From NCBI GenBank assembly GCA_965235115.1, contig OZ249449.1, forward strand, positions 13,392,001 to 13,456,000: 64,000 bases of DNA. The letters are read 5' to 3'. Below the pieces are notes generated by a model that made no database searches, was not told the origin of the DNA, and was given only the letters and a program-made list of their open reading frames with translations. Shown here one piece after another: positions 50,858-63,951 of this stretch. Every line of letters begins with the position of its first letter. Position 1 is the stretch's first letter. Origin of the DNA: Laetmonice hystrix (lineage: Eukaryota). Both the position numbers and the translations under genes were made by a program.

Positions 50858-50887
50858 GTCGGGTCGGGTCGGGTCGGGTCGGGTCGG
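50858..50887. repeat. (GGGTC)n pentanucleotide microsatellite
   Basis: Five perfect GGGTC units plus partial units, flanked by inverted GGTGCGAT (50850-50857) and ATCGCACC (50893-50900). Confidence 0.9.
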
Positions 50888-52559
50888 AGTCGATCGCACC
50901 TGTGTGCGGCGACTTTACAAATAATCCACTGAGCTATGACGAGGGGGTGGATGTAGGCCAGCTCATCCAACAACTTTTCTTGGCTTGCCGGGAGTTGCAG
51001 TGTCTATAGTGGTTTCTGGATGACGACTACAAGGCTGCTCGTCTCTAGGCTGACATGGTCACTATGCGTAAAGTTTCTCAGTTACTTACTTCAAGATCGG
51101 TTGTTTTGCACGGACTCTTTCGATATGCTGTTTCTGAGGCGTAAAACCTCAGTTCCAATTCCCAGTCGAAGCCATTGGGCAGACTTGACTGTAGCGGTTT
51201 ATATCCTCGTTGTAATTCTCTGGGCTCTGTATAAGCACTGAGTGGAATGGACCCTGTGAATTTATGAGGGGAATAAAACTGGTCTGATTCATGGCAGCAC
51301 AGTGACCTATGTGAAAGTCTCATCACTAGGAAGGTTAGTTAGATTGTTGATACGTTAACACGCTGGGAGCCAGTGCCTACACCTTTACTCATTGTATTGA
51401 CGCTGGGTTAACGTGCGGGCAGTGCTATATATAGTCGATGACGTCATTGTGAATCAGTGACTGGTCATAGAGTGATGGTGTGGTAACCAATCATGAAGCT
51501 TGCGCTTTTGGTGGTATCTAAAATCAAAACGTTTGACCCGAATTGGTGAAAAAACGAGTAGGTATGAAAGGCGATATCTGATTGGTTGTGAACAGTGGGT
51601 CGGTGATGACGAAAAGTTGACCTACGGGGCTCTGGTTGGTTCCCGGCGTCTCAGCGGAAATAGAGGCAGGTACTCACCAAACAAACCGGCCAGATTTTTG
51701 CCTGGTTGAGTCGTGACGTCAGAAACCAGGAAGTGGGGGATTTCCCAGTGTTTTCTGAGAGCCGCCCGACGTCTGAGCACCGACGAGTCCTCTATGTGTT
51801 CATACCTTATTCGTCGTTTATACAGTATCTGAATCAAGAAAACAATGAACACATTCACAACAGTAAAATCTTCAGATCAGGTGGAATCTCAATCAACCGC
51901 CAATTAAACCAGGCCTTCGGCATCGGGATAGGCCTAATCCTATTTGGAGTGACAAGTGCCAGTGTCAGTAATAGTTGGCATCGGCGTGCGCCAATGAGGA
52001 GCCAGAACTGGAAGAAGCGTCACTCTTCCATCTTCCAGGAGCTAGTGCAGAGGGGTTGCTCCGCAGTACCCTTTGCCACACATGTATTTTTTATGGGCAT
52101 AATCTGCGATTTTCAATTTCGGCCATAGTGTATGCTATTCGTAGATTTTAACATATCTCAAAATCCCAAAACCTAAAGTACCAAGTGAATTTATTCAAGG
52201 TACAAGAGAAATATCTTGCTGAAATACTAGGAACTACTTTTGCTGAGGAAAATCAGCTAGTCGCAAGTCAGTTAGGGCCATTTCGAGACGATTCGGAATA
52301 CTTCGGGTGTTTCCGACTAGCTACTTCCGTCCCAACATGACGGATGCAGACGATAGTGTTTGAGATGTCATCGAAGACTTGACTGTTTGTGAATTGTCGT
52401 ATTCTGAGAGTCTGCACCTGAGAAGTAAGGAACAAGAGTGTCTCAGCTATTTAGCTATTTAGATTGGTCGCTCTTCAGCCAATGAAATACACCAACGTGC
52501 TGCCTCTAACTCCAAGAGGAGTCAGAGGCAGGGAACCAGCGAGTAGTGGCTTCACCCGG

Positions 52560-52784
52560 AGCGCCATCTGGTGAGATAATATCAGGAGTTTCCACCGGAA
52601 AAGACAGAAACAACACATTCCGCCCAATCCTTGTTAAATTTGGTTTAATTCTTCATCAATTTTTACCGCTTTCATGGAAAGGTCGATAAACAAAGGAGTC
52701 TTGCCCATTTAGACAGATTCAAATGCGTTTATCCGCATCTTTAAATAATTTAATAACGCACACAAAACGCTGCGCCCTCTTGGA
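52560..52784 (-). promoter_or_regulatory. Pair of CTCF-like motifs, - orientation
   Basis: Reverse complements TCACCAGATGGCGCT (52560-52574) and TCCAAGAGGGCGCAGC (52769-52784). Confidence 0.4.
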
Positions 52785-55061
52785 GTCACTCGTACTTAAT
52801 GGACCGTTTCAAGCTTGAGATTATCGGGGTATTAAGCCAGGGTCGGATTTAGTGAGGATGGGGTTTTATGTCTAGGTGATATGACCCTTTTGAACCAAGT
52901 CTCACCACTCAAGGCGTGCCTAGAAGTAAGCAGTGTGTCTCCTTGTTCAATGACTCCTATTGCAACACCATCTCGAAGACGATCTCGATGCAATCCAACT
53001 CAAGTGCTCTTGTGAGGGATTTGACAAGTCAACTGAGGCCATTTTCTCTTATTGTGCGATGGGAGTAACCAAAAACCAGTTATGTAAATTTAGATTTCTG
53101 GAGAACATCTCGACTAGACAGCCACAATTTATTATACTTAGAAAACATGAAAATATTTAATATTCATTCGTGGGCAGGATTTCATTGGCGTGTCCCTATT
53201 CCGGGAAGATTTCAAATGGGTCACAACAAAACTAAAATTCTGAGACCCTTTATTCCAGCTGGAGTTTATTTAGCAGGACTCAGTGGATCACCTTTTCATA
53301 AGTCGTCAAATGGGTCCTGGGATGGATTCATTCAGCTAGGCGCAGAAGTGAGGGAAAAAGAATAAATTACACAAAATCCAGATAAACAAAATCTTAAGAC
53401 CTGATTATTTCTCTACCAGGCGTGAAGATGTGAAACGCTGATCTGGATGGAAACTCCCCATCAAATTATTCCAAGCAGATGAGCAAAATCTGGAAATGTG
53501 TTTTTTTTTTCAAGCAGGAAAAAACCCACTGGGAAATGGACGAGTTGAGAAGCTGCCAACGTGGTTACAAGTGCTTTAAAAGCTCTTGTCACGATAAGCC
53601 CACGGTGGCCAGATGATACCCTAGGTAACAGTATCCATGGAAACAAATGTCCTGCACTGATCTCATCGTATCCTGTTAGCTGAGGAATATGGACGGAGTG
53701 AAAGTATCCGACCGATCTGTTTCCCGGCATGTCTCTTGTTGCCACATGGTGACAGGAGGAAAAACGATCTGCTGAGCTGAAGTGTAGTAATGACCATGCC
53801 CACCGGTAGGCGGCGGAGGACCGTAGGGACTAAGGTCAGGTTCTCTTTGTCCCAAGGTCAAAAAGTTACCCGATACCTGCGAGTCAGTGGGTGAGAAGGG
53901 ACCCCTAGCTCAATCTTATGCCCCCCAAAAATAGTTTCGTTTCTTGTCCTGTCATATAAAAAACATTGCTGCGGTGACGCGGTTTTTGTTCCTTTTTTCT
54001 TTTTTTTGACAATGACAATGGCCGATTCTTCGAATGCAATTGCTGTTGGGTACATAAAGAAATCTTGTTTAAGAAAACTAATGCAATGATGTTCAATGTT
54101 TTTATTAAAGAATTTGAAAAAAACTCGCATAAAAAGCATTAAGACTAACAGAAACGTTGCAACGTTCTGTCACAGCGCTACACTGCCCACCATATGAAGC
54201 AGTCGGATTTAAAAAAAAAGACTTTTAGGTGACGCGCGCGGGGACAAGAAACGAAACTATTTTTTGGGGGGCCTTATATAGGATACCGGGGTGGAGTGCA
54301 TGTCGAGTGGGGAGCATTTTAACTGACGTGTCTTTAAGTGTGGTCTGTACCACTTTAGGTGAGTTTGATCATGTGTCATGTCTGCCTGAAATAGATATTA
54401 GATCTGAACATGACTAGTTCTGATTATAAAATTCCTAAATGCAATCTTCTGTTTCTATGGGTTATATGTCACGAATATCTTTGCCAGCCAAAGATAGAGG
54501 AGGGAGGGAGAGTTGAGGAGGGAATCTGGTGTCATGAATAATACATCTGAACATGTAGAAATGGTCGGAAAGACCTTTGTACTATCGTCATTGGCAGCCA
54601 GAGGTTGGGAAGGCTGTCAGTTGGATTCTCCAGTGCGCTTTCACGTCAGTTGCCTCCTCTCAGCGCCTCACAGCTGGGTCATATCTCTTGTTGCTTATAG
54701 AAATAGAGTAAAGAAACTGACCCCTAAGACTCTTTGATCATCGCTGGGTGATTTCTTCCCAGAGAGGTGTGGAGATGGTCTTGAGACAGCTATAAACAAC
54801 CTATGTCACTGTCATTGTGAAAGGTTTGTGGAAGTTTTGATGTGAAACGATTTATTTAAATTATCAGTAGTCACTGGGCGTTAAACGATAGCTTTGAACC
54901 AGGCAAGTATTTGCCAACTTTATATTATCGATTATTATTTGTACGTCAAATTGCAAACATTTATGATATCCATTCAGTTTTGAACGTTGTATCTCTGTTA
55001 TCATGGATTTTATCATGACTGACACATCAGCCGAATCAGTACAATTTTAATCCAGTTTTAG

Positions 55062-56253
55062 TTAAGGGGAAGGAGGACCGTAAAATTTCTGTAGTAAACT
55101 TTGACATTTTTTGAGTTTTTTCAATTTATTACCATGTAAGCATCACATAATCGCCAAAAAAATGATATGCTTCCAGGCTAATTTTTGTAGTATGGGGTTT
55201 TTTTGTACTGCACCCCCCTGAAAATATGGCAAATTTTGGCGCATTTCCATGTATCGTTTCAGGCAAAAGAAATACATCAAATAATATCAAATGTATACAT
55301 TTTTTCACCCAGAAAGACTGATATGTAACATACCTACCACACTGTACTAAAAAATATGCCGATTAAACTTCTTTTTTTTCAGATTTTGTATTTTTTCGAG
55401 GTGGTTGCCTATATTTTTCATCGTAAAATCCCACCTTTTTCAATAACAGGAGAAAACTGGTAGTAAATGTTATATTTTTTTTGGCTAAAATTAAAGACAA
55501 TGACCAACTCTCATCAAATCAGTAAAAAAAAATATACCATTCCAGGGTAATTTTTTTGGTAGGACCCCTTTTTTGTAGGAAATTTACCCATTTTTACCCA
55601 AAATTCGGGTTTTTTGCTCCTACAAACTAATTAGTGGTGAATGTATTTATACAGTTTTGGCCTATAATTAAAGATAATGACCATTTTCATCAAAATAAAC
55701 TAAGACATCTATGTCATTTCAGGTAAACGTGTCCCTGTGACCACCTTTTATGTTGTTGAAAAGGGCCCCAAATCACCCCCCCCCCCTCCCTGGGAGGTCA
55801 CACTGTGGCCAGTGGCAGTGGTACAGGCCGGCTACTATTGTGACGTTAGAAATTAGGCCCTATTGTTCAGTAGTTCCAAAAGTATTGTGACGTCACAGTA
55901 TCTGAGTGATGACAATAGGACTGTTCTGTCAAATATCATAGTCATTCTACTCAGATTCACTCAGCTAATTGACTCAGTTGAGTCTAACAGAAACCCAAAT
56001 AATCCACTCAACTCCACTCGACTTAGCTGAGTGACTTTGCTGAGTGTGTTGAGTGGAGTCAAAGCCCTCTACTGGTAGTGGACGGCTTTGGTGGAGTGAA
56101 ACTTGAGTGTAAGAGAAACCGGGCCCTGGCAGATGGAGACACTGGATTTGTGACTGCTAGTTCTTGTCTGTGCCACTGGGGCGCCACTGTAGGCCTACTA
56201 TGCGCGTAAACCTGCGCAGTGGTCTGATTTGCTTCGGTGCTCCTTCCCCTTAA
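55062..56253. mobile_element. 1184 bp non-autonomous Kolobok-type element with TTAA TSDs and an internal ~177 bp periodicity
   Basis: Left end TTAA|GGGGAAGGAGGACCG; right end CGGTGCTCCTTCCCC|TTAA (14/15 inverted match). AATTAAAGA(C/T)AATGACCA recurs at 55489 and 55666. No transposase ORF. Confidence 0.7.
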
Positions 56254-59200
56254 AAGAATATATGTACACCTTCGGTGTATTACTACATTAATGTGACTTT
56301 ATTGGGTTTCTTTCTTGTCGCTTTGAGATACCTTCTAACGCTTTACATCTACAATTAATACATTAGGATGTCATTTCCACACTGGGTTAATTCACATTAA
56401 GTCGTTTCCATGGCAACACAATGACAGGGGAAGTCGGATTTTTTTTTCTGGAATACATGAACCACACTGGATATATTCCGTTGTTAGGCTTCTCAGTGAC
56501 AAATTTCGTCGTCTTACAGGCGCGTTATTTTTTATTCCACTCTGGGAGGCGCCAGTGGCGTGTAGAGTAATGGATTATCTAGTATTCTCGAGAGATTTTC
56601 TCAAAAATAAAAAGGGGAGCAGCCAGTTACCATGACAACAGACTCGGCCTGTGCTCGTTGCGTATGCCATGGAAGACATTAGGAATGTTTGTATTTCGAT
56701 TGACATGATTTCTACTGACATTCTGTTTGGAACGAGACATTTGTTGGGAAGAAAGAAGTCGTATCCTATATGTGCATCATAGTTATAACCTTCAAAGCAA
56801 CTAGGAACCCTATTTGTTGAAATGGCAATGAATTAGTTGATTCCACGGCGCGTAAAGTAGGGCCACATGCAGAGTTTTTCTTGGGATGAACGTTTGGGTT
56901 TCTGGCGCCTGCAGCCAATCTTGTCCCGGTTAGCGACTGGGATTGTACGGAATGATTTAGCAATGAATGACATAGCCCGGCTAGGACAGCCACTGTGACT
57001 AAAGGGCCCAACCTCTAAACGGCCGTATATAAATTACGAGAGACCCTGTGTCAAACTGGGGGATCATGGGATACCTGGTGGGTAAAGAGATGGATGCCAC
57101 CAGAGATCGAGGTAGATTGGGCCCGGTAATGGGAGGGCAGGGAATAGGGTAGGTCGGCCTCCAATCACGGAACACCAGGGATCGAGGTTGAAAAACGGCC
57201 ACTTGGAAGCCGGATCAAAATAATGGCGACTCTGGGGTATTCCCTCGCAAAAGTCATCACTAATGACCATAATAATCTTTTGACTGAGATAAGGCCAAGA
57301 TAATTAAGGATCGGTTCTTTTTTGGGGTTGTAAATCTTCTCAAGTAATTGGATATTTTGTTAAAAGATGAAGCCAGTTCATGGTGGTTCCCAACACAGCC
57401 CAAGGAGAGATAAAGGCTGGTATCGCAATATTTTATTGACTATTTTTAGCTTGGAATATAAGTTATAAGTTAATTTAATAGATTAATGTCGACGATCATT
57501 AATATACGCTACCACAAGCATAGAAACCATAGTGGAATATAATTTCGGTATTAAAGTATTAGAGATACAATGAAGGAAATATTTTAAGTAAGGATTTTAA
57601 GAAAAACAATTATCAGCCTTCCCCATTAACTGGGAGAAAGTCTTAAAAAACACAGTTTCTGGTTATCTTTCTGAAAGAGGATCACATTTGGAATGAGACA
57701 GTTTCAGATCAGTCGACGTAATACGATTGAGGTGTCAATTAAAATCGAATAAATGTCGGCGTTCTGACAGAAGTGTTTTGGACGGCAAGGTTGGTCCCGA
57801 GTTTATATAATATCACTAAGTCGGACTGACAAATATCGACAATATGACAAGTAACAGTGTTATAAGTAACATATTCCATTTGGTGTTTATTATATTATAT
57901 GTTTTTATATCCGTCTTGATGCCTTTCCTCTCCTTTAAAAATTGATTAAAAAAAGGTTAAAATCTGTTCCGTTTCGTCTTAAATGTGTTATAAATGTAAG
58001 TATTTTTTTACATTCCTCTTGACTCCCTTTCCTGAGGAGGAACAGGAAGAGGAGGAGGACGACGAATTTTTCGATTTTTTTTGTATCATTTAGGTTTGAG
58101 ATGACTCTTAACTTGGTTTCTAAGATATAAAAAATACATTTGATGATGAATAAATCATCAGAAGGGTTAGCATAATGCATACACGACCTTAGGGGGGGGG
58201 GATGATGAAAAGAAATATAAAATTTTAAACAGTATTCAGAAATCTGAACTAAACAGGGGTGCGTTTTACAACCTGTCGTAAGCTTGTCGTACTCGGGATT
58301 GCAAACAACTGTAGAGTATTGGAGTAGCTTGTGTTTGTTTATGTTTGCTAGTTCGGACCGAATTACTAGACCGACCTTCCAGCTCGATCCGTGTACATAA
58401 ACCCATATCGTAAACAGACGTGAGCATGTGATTGAGTCACGTATGATAATTTTACCATTTAATTTCCCCATTAATTCTACCAGGCCTTTTAGTGGAATAT
58501 TTCAAGTAAATCTGCCAGTACTTCTAAAATATGTAACATTTGTGTAATATTGACAGCGAAACATTTCTGTAAAAGAAATTATCGGCTGCTCCGAGAAAAA
58601 ATATGGTGTTTTGAGAGATCCAACATGGATGATACAACTGAAAAATATATTTAAATTATTCTAACCACAATGAACAGTGACGTAAACTAATAACTTCTGG
58701 TCGGTGTTACGATAAAGAACAAACACGAACTCCTGTAACAAATGAGATGTTGAGCCTTCTTCGACAGCGCTTGAAAAAGTAGTTGACATCGACACAGAAT
58801 AGGAGAGGATATTTCGTAAAACATATTTTTGTATAACTCAGAGTTCTGACAATGGGAGTCGTTATTGTTACGGGGAGTCTTGGATTATGAATAATCACGC
58901 AGGAAACGGAAATAAAAGAAAAGAACGACGTTTGAACATGGACAACAATCGGAGGAGGAACATTTGTAATGTCTGCTAATGTTACTTAGGAAATGTTTAA
59001 ATACTTGTCATATTTCAAGTCGGTTTGGTCTTAAAGCATGCGTTCGGATTATGTAAAAAAAATCGTGATTTGTTGCCTGGATGGGATGTGTTATTATATT
59101 CCCTTTATATATCACTTCCAATTTCCAATGTAGGTCGTAAATATTATTTATAGCACGAGCAGTGACCTGGCTGTAATTTAGGAAGAGGGAGGAATCGAAT

Positions 59201-61458
59201 GAATTCTTCCAAAAACTAGGCAAAGGTCAAGACAGACAATGGGCCATGGATGTTCATTTACTTGGGTCAGTCCTTCTAGCCAAGGTCATATAGGGCATAT
59301 AAGATATAGATCATCTATACCCAATTATGTGCCTGTTGCTGTGAGGCAGAGCAAGCAATCAGAAAAAACGCTGACATTCAGAATTCTATATAGAAGGTCA
59401 CGTGACTTTAAGACTGCATCAGATGGCGAGCTTAGCATTTGATAAACAACGGGCAGCAAGAGGTTGTCATGGTGACAGAGTCCACTCAACCTGTCACCCA
59501 TAGCAACAGGCGAGTTGGTCCTGCATCTAACAGATAGCATTACTATAGTCAGCAATCGACGTTCCAGTCAGTGCAAGCATGTCGACAACCTCTCAGCCCT
59601 CTGAGTGCCTGGTCTGGAAACGAAATCCCACTTCGACATGCTGCACAATTGAACAACGTTTTCTTTTGCAAGATGGCGGTCCCGGATATTGTTAGAACCA
59701 ATTTGTAAAGGGAGAGATACGCCAAGGGTAATTTGTTATGCTTCGATATTGGTAACGCAGCGCAGAGGAAGGGAAAGAAAAGAAAGAAGAGGAAAAGTCA
59801 GTGGCCTTTTCTGTCGGATTCCGCCATATATTGCAGTGATCTAACTGCCAGTGAGAACACAAATTTAGGAAAAAGTCTGATTCACTGCAATGCAAAGGAA
59901 ACCGTGCGTCAGGGAAATATTTCATGAAAGGCGGAGACTAAAGTTGCCTGGTAACGATTTCTCAACAGCGGAGAGGGACAGAAAAATGTGACAAGACCTC
60001 AGTTGAGGTCCCAGAGCCCTCGGTTGGCTCAGACATCCTGTCAACGCTTTCTCCTAATGAGATGGCATCAACATGAGTCATACTGTGACGATACGGCAAC
60101 AACGTCATGACTTTCGCGTAACAATCCAACGTCTGTGTATAATATACGTATAGGACTTTGACCGGGGCTCAGGGTGGCGTATATACAATAGACAGGACGA
60201 GGTTCGGTGTATTTATTATAGTGACAAAAGCTAAAATGTTTTATGTAAGGAAAATGTAATAATATTATAATTACATGGGTAAATCAGAGGTAGTATTAGA
60301 TATACCTTTGGCACATCTCTCTGGGCACACCTATCTGAGTGAATTCAATAATTTGAAACAAATATATTTGAAAAAGTAGAAGAAATACGTAAAACCGTCT
60401 TAAAACCTGTTCAAAGAAAATCTTGGGCGTTAAGTGACGTAAAACACAATTATTATTCGCCTAAGTGGACTTGAGCAGAATGACGTAAAGGAAATATAGA
60501 AAAAATTGTCACTTTGATTGATGCTTCAAATTCTTCACCCGAGAACCCATCCTTGTTGAGCGAAACGTAATAGCCATCTTGAGTTTCTAATTAATTTGTG
60601 AAAGGAAAAGAAATAGGGTGAAACCCCTAGTATTGACATTTGGATTATTTCCTTCATCAAAGAAATGAAATCTTGTTGTTTCGCATCATTTAGAGGTGTC
60701 AGGACTTGTATGGAAAGGTGCCAAGTGAAATTGTTTCCATGGCAACAAAACGCTTCATTCATAAAGAGAACCATCTGAAAGATGACACTGAACAAATAAA
60801 CAGGGAGGGGATGAGATATCCGAAGTGACATTAGTGGGTATTCAGGAAATAGTACACTCTACTCTTATTCCTAAGCCGTAAGCGATCCAACAGGTAAACC
60901 AGACTTTCTAGCATTTACAAATGGCAATAGCAATCAATCATTTCAATCAATTCTTAGACATCTTGACACTTTTCAAGAAAGTGTGTTTTGATTTATTACA
61001 TAAATTACAGAATAGTTTGATATTGACGCGAATTTACAGTGAAAAATACTAATTTATGCAACATGCCGTTTCAAAATGAAGAATGTCACGATAGGATCAT
61101 TTAAAGGTCCACTGTTTTTAAAACCTGCAATATCGACACCCTGCCATATAAATCAGCTTATGTCACATGTAAAACTCAAATAAATTGAAGTGAGACCAAC
61201 CAAATGTCATGTGAGAACGCTCAGCTGGCTCCGTTGCAATCTGACGCTCTACCTTCGAACCGCTTGGCGATTGTGGATAACCGTATAACAGCGGAATTTC
61301 CACGCTGAGTTTCAGTGACTCTCACAGTCTCAGGCGACCCTCGGACGAGTCGGAGTGTGGGGTTTCAAGGCCATCCACCGATGTATTTCAGTGCCATGAG
61401 CACTGTCACGTCTTCTGTCCCACTCATTCTTTCTCAGCTTTTTAGCTGATTCTGTTGC

Positions 61459-61731
61459 CAATCTAATTAAAATTAGATCTTAGTTATTTCGCATGCGCTC
61501 CATACTAGGATCTAACGGCATCCCGTATGGGGTCACCTCAGGCTGCCCTTTGACTCAGATTCCAGTGTGCCGTTGAAAATGCCTACGAGTGCACACCGAA
61601 GATTTCGTAGGCGACTCGATGATTGGCTGAATCCAGGGGTCAACCTGAGGTGACCCCTAATGGGATTTCCTACTGACATAGCCGAGAGAGACGGGGAATA
61701 GGCCTACCAAGATCTAATTTTAATTAGATTG
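61459..61731. mobile_element. 273 bp MULE-like MITE with perfect 23 bp TIRs and a 10 bp TSD
   Basis: TIRs are CAATCTAATTAAAATTAGATCTT (61459-61481) and its exact reverse complement (61709-61731). TSD ATTCTGTTGC lies at 61449-61458 and 61732-61741. An internal 14 bp inverted pair lies at 61529-61542 and 61644-61657. Confidence 0.9.
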
Positions 61732-62526
61732 ATTCTGTTGCATACATCGACTTCCGTCCCTCGGAGGCATATTTACAAAGCAAGCGTATGATGATGATGA
61801 AATATGGTGGAGCGATACCTGAAGACCTAGGACTATTATGGGATGTTGTTCGACGTCATTAGCAGCGCCCCTTTCGGAGAGCGGAGGCAAATTCAAACTC
61901 CTTCTAATTATCATGTTTTGGCTTCGGTCCGAGTTTTAGTTAACAAAAATCACCATACTGCAGTATTGCAGTAACAGTGTGTCTTCCTAATGTCAATAGG
62001 TTGCTATAGGGGACAGGTAAGTGTTTTATTCTCGAAGATACTAACGATGCCGCTTTAATGTATGTAACGTTGGAGTTTAGTGCCTTCGCCATTTGGCGTA
62101 CCCGGTGCTGTGACTGAGAGTCCAGAAATGGTTGTCTGCTCCCGGACAGATTAACCTAATCGTGATCAATACGATCCTTGCCTCACAGGAACCGGTCTTG
62201 TATGTAATCAACATGGACCATTTGAAATGACAATTAATGGTTGGGGAGTGTAATTAAAGAAGGGAAGCCCGATGAAGTAAAAAATATGGATTGCTTTATA
62301 GAAAGCCTCTCATCTATTCCTTTGGACATGAGCGCTGCTCATAGGCCTATATGGATTTGTTCACGGTGTTTTTTTTAATGAGCGAGGGGGGGGTCAGATT
62401 TAGGATTCGAGAGGGGTCTAGATGGTTTCCAAGGGACAGAGATATTCTGACCGTTGACGTTGGCTCCTGATCAGGGCCGAACATCGCAGTGGGGACCACA
62501 GCGTTTCCTAATTACAGGTGATCCGT

Positions 62527-62542
62527 CAGCGCCATCTGGCGG
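62527..62542 (-). promoter_or_regulatory. CTCF-like motif
   Basis: Reverse complement CCGCCAGATGGCGCTG is a near-ideal CTCF core. Confidence 0.5.
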
Positions 62543-63937
62543 TCATTGTCTGTAGCCGAGCACAAAACGATGAAGGACGTCACCATAGATAAATTGTCAG
62601 AACGGGGTGTCTGTTTACTTTGATGGTTTCCACGGCAACAACCGCCCTACGACAACCCCCTCCCCTCCCCTCCCCCCAGGATCATCCGTAACACTCAACC
62701 AAGGTCCTGTGCCTGAATGCAAATGTTTTGTGACATTCCTTTCTGTACTTGTCACATCTCATTGGCGACCGTAGTCAGAGGACTCTTAGAAGTTACCGCC
62801 ATGTACCACACCGATGTTATTTCGTTAATCATGTCTGCTGTATGTTTTAAAAAGAAGTATGTGTTGTTCAGACTGTACAAGAAGACCCCCCCCCCTCCCC
62901 GAAAGACATGTCGAATTCTAGATTTTGAAGAACACAAGTTGGGATGTTCAGTATGCCAAGGTTGTTTGTTCATTGCCGTGTTTTTCTACCCTCCTCACGA
63001 GTACTGAACTCTGTATGGTAAGTCAAAAAGTTCTCTCACATAACGATTCTTGTTTCCGGATTCGGCGCCGGGTAGTGCGGACTGGCGGGACAAGTGTTCT
63101 GGAATGGTAATTAATTTCCGGATTGGCGTCTGTAGGACCCCCCCCTCCTGGGGCGCCGTCTGGTGGAGAGAGCGGAGTGTTCGCTCCCACTTCGAGGACG
63201 TCGGCGTTCTGTATTCAAAGTCACGATCCATCCGGGCAACTGGCACTTGATTCCAGAACGAGTCTCCTCCACAGGGGGGTTACCGTGGATACTGGGTAAA
63301 CAAAAGTTAATTCGAGGTTCGTGTGGTGTTTCTGAGGTTTGAATAGGGTGGGGTGGTGGGATGCGATGGATGGGTCACTTCACAGAATACCCTTCACCCC
63401 CCCCCCCCCCACCTTCATACAAATGACATTGAGTCTGAGTAATGGATGTCAAAGAAAATTCCCGAGCAAATATAACAACAATTTTTAGGCATGAATCATG
63501 GTGCTTTTAGAACAAAGCATTATATAATAGAAATTTTCATTTTACTGACATGAAACATGATGATTTTTAAAAAGAAACTGATGTTTACTTCTGCCATGAG
63601 GACTTGGTGATTTACTTAAACAATAATAGTGTCAATAGCTTATCATCCAATCATGACAATGAAAAAAACGTTTAATTGATTACACTTATTTCTCTTTAGC
63701 AACCGGTTAATTTATCACTCTCTACAATTATCAGTCGAAACATATGTCACCCTGTAGCATATTAGTACCTTGCAAGCTTATTTGTAGGAAACATTTTGAA
63801 AGTGGTTTGCGGGGGCTGTGCCCTGTCTGTGCCCCGAAATAGAAGTTGTTTCTTGCTGCGTGTAATTTTCATAGTTTCTGGAGGCAAATACACCTTTAGC
63901 TCGCCAATGGGCATTGGCTTAACCATTGACCTATAGG

Positions 63938-63951
63938 GTTGCCATGGCAAC
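63938..63951. promoter_or_regulatory. Perfect palindromic RFX X-box
   Basis: GTTGCCATGGCAAC; one of at least 25 X-box-like 14-15-mers in the window. Confidence 0.6.

Noticed and set aside
62014-62022. Perfect donor CAG|GTAAGT as the end of a further turtle exon
   Set aside because: The upstream sequence has stops and no Ig4-like translation or clear acceptor; isolated consensus donors are expected in 64 kb.
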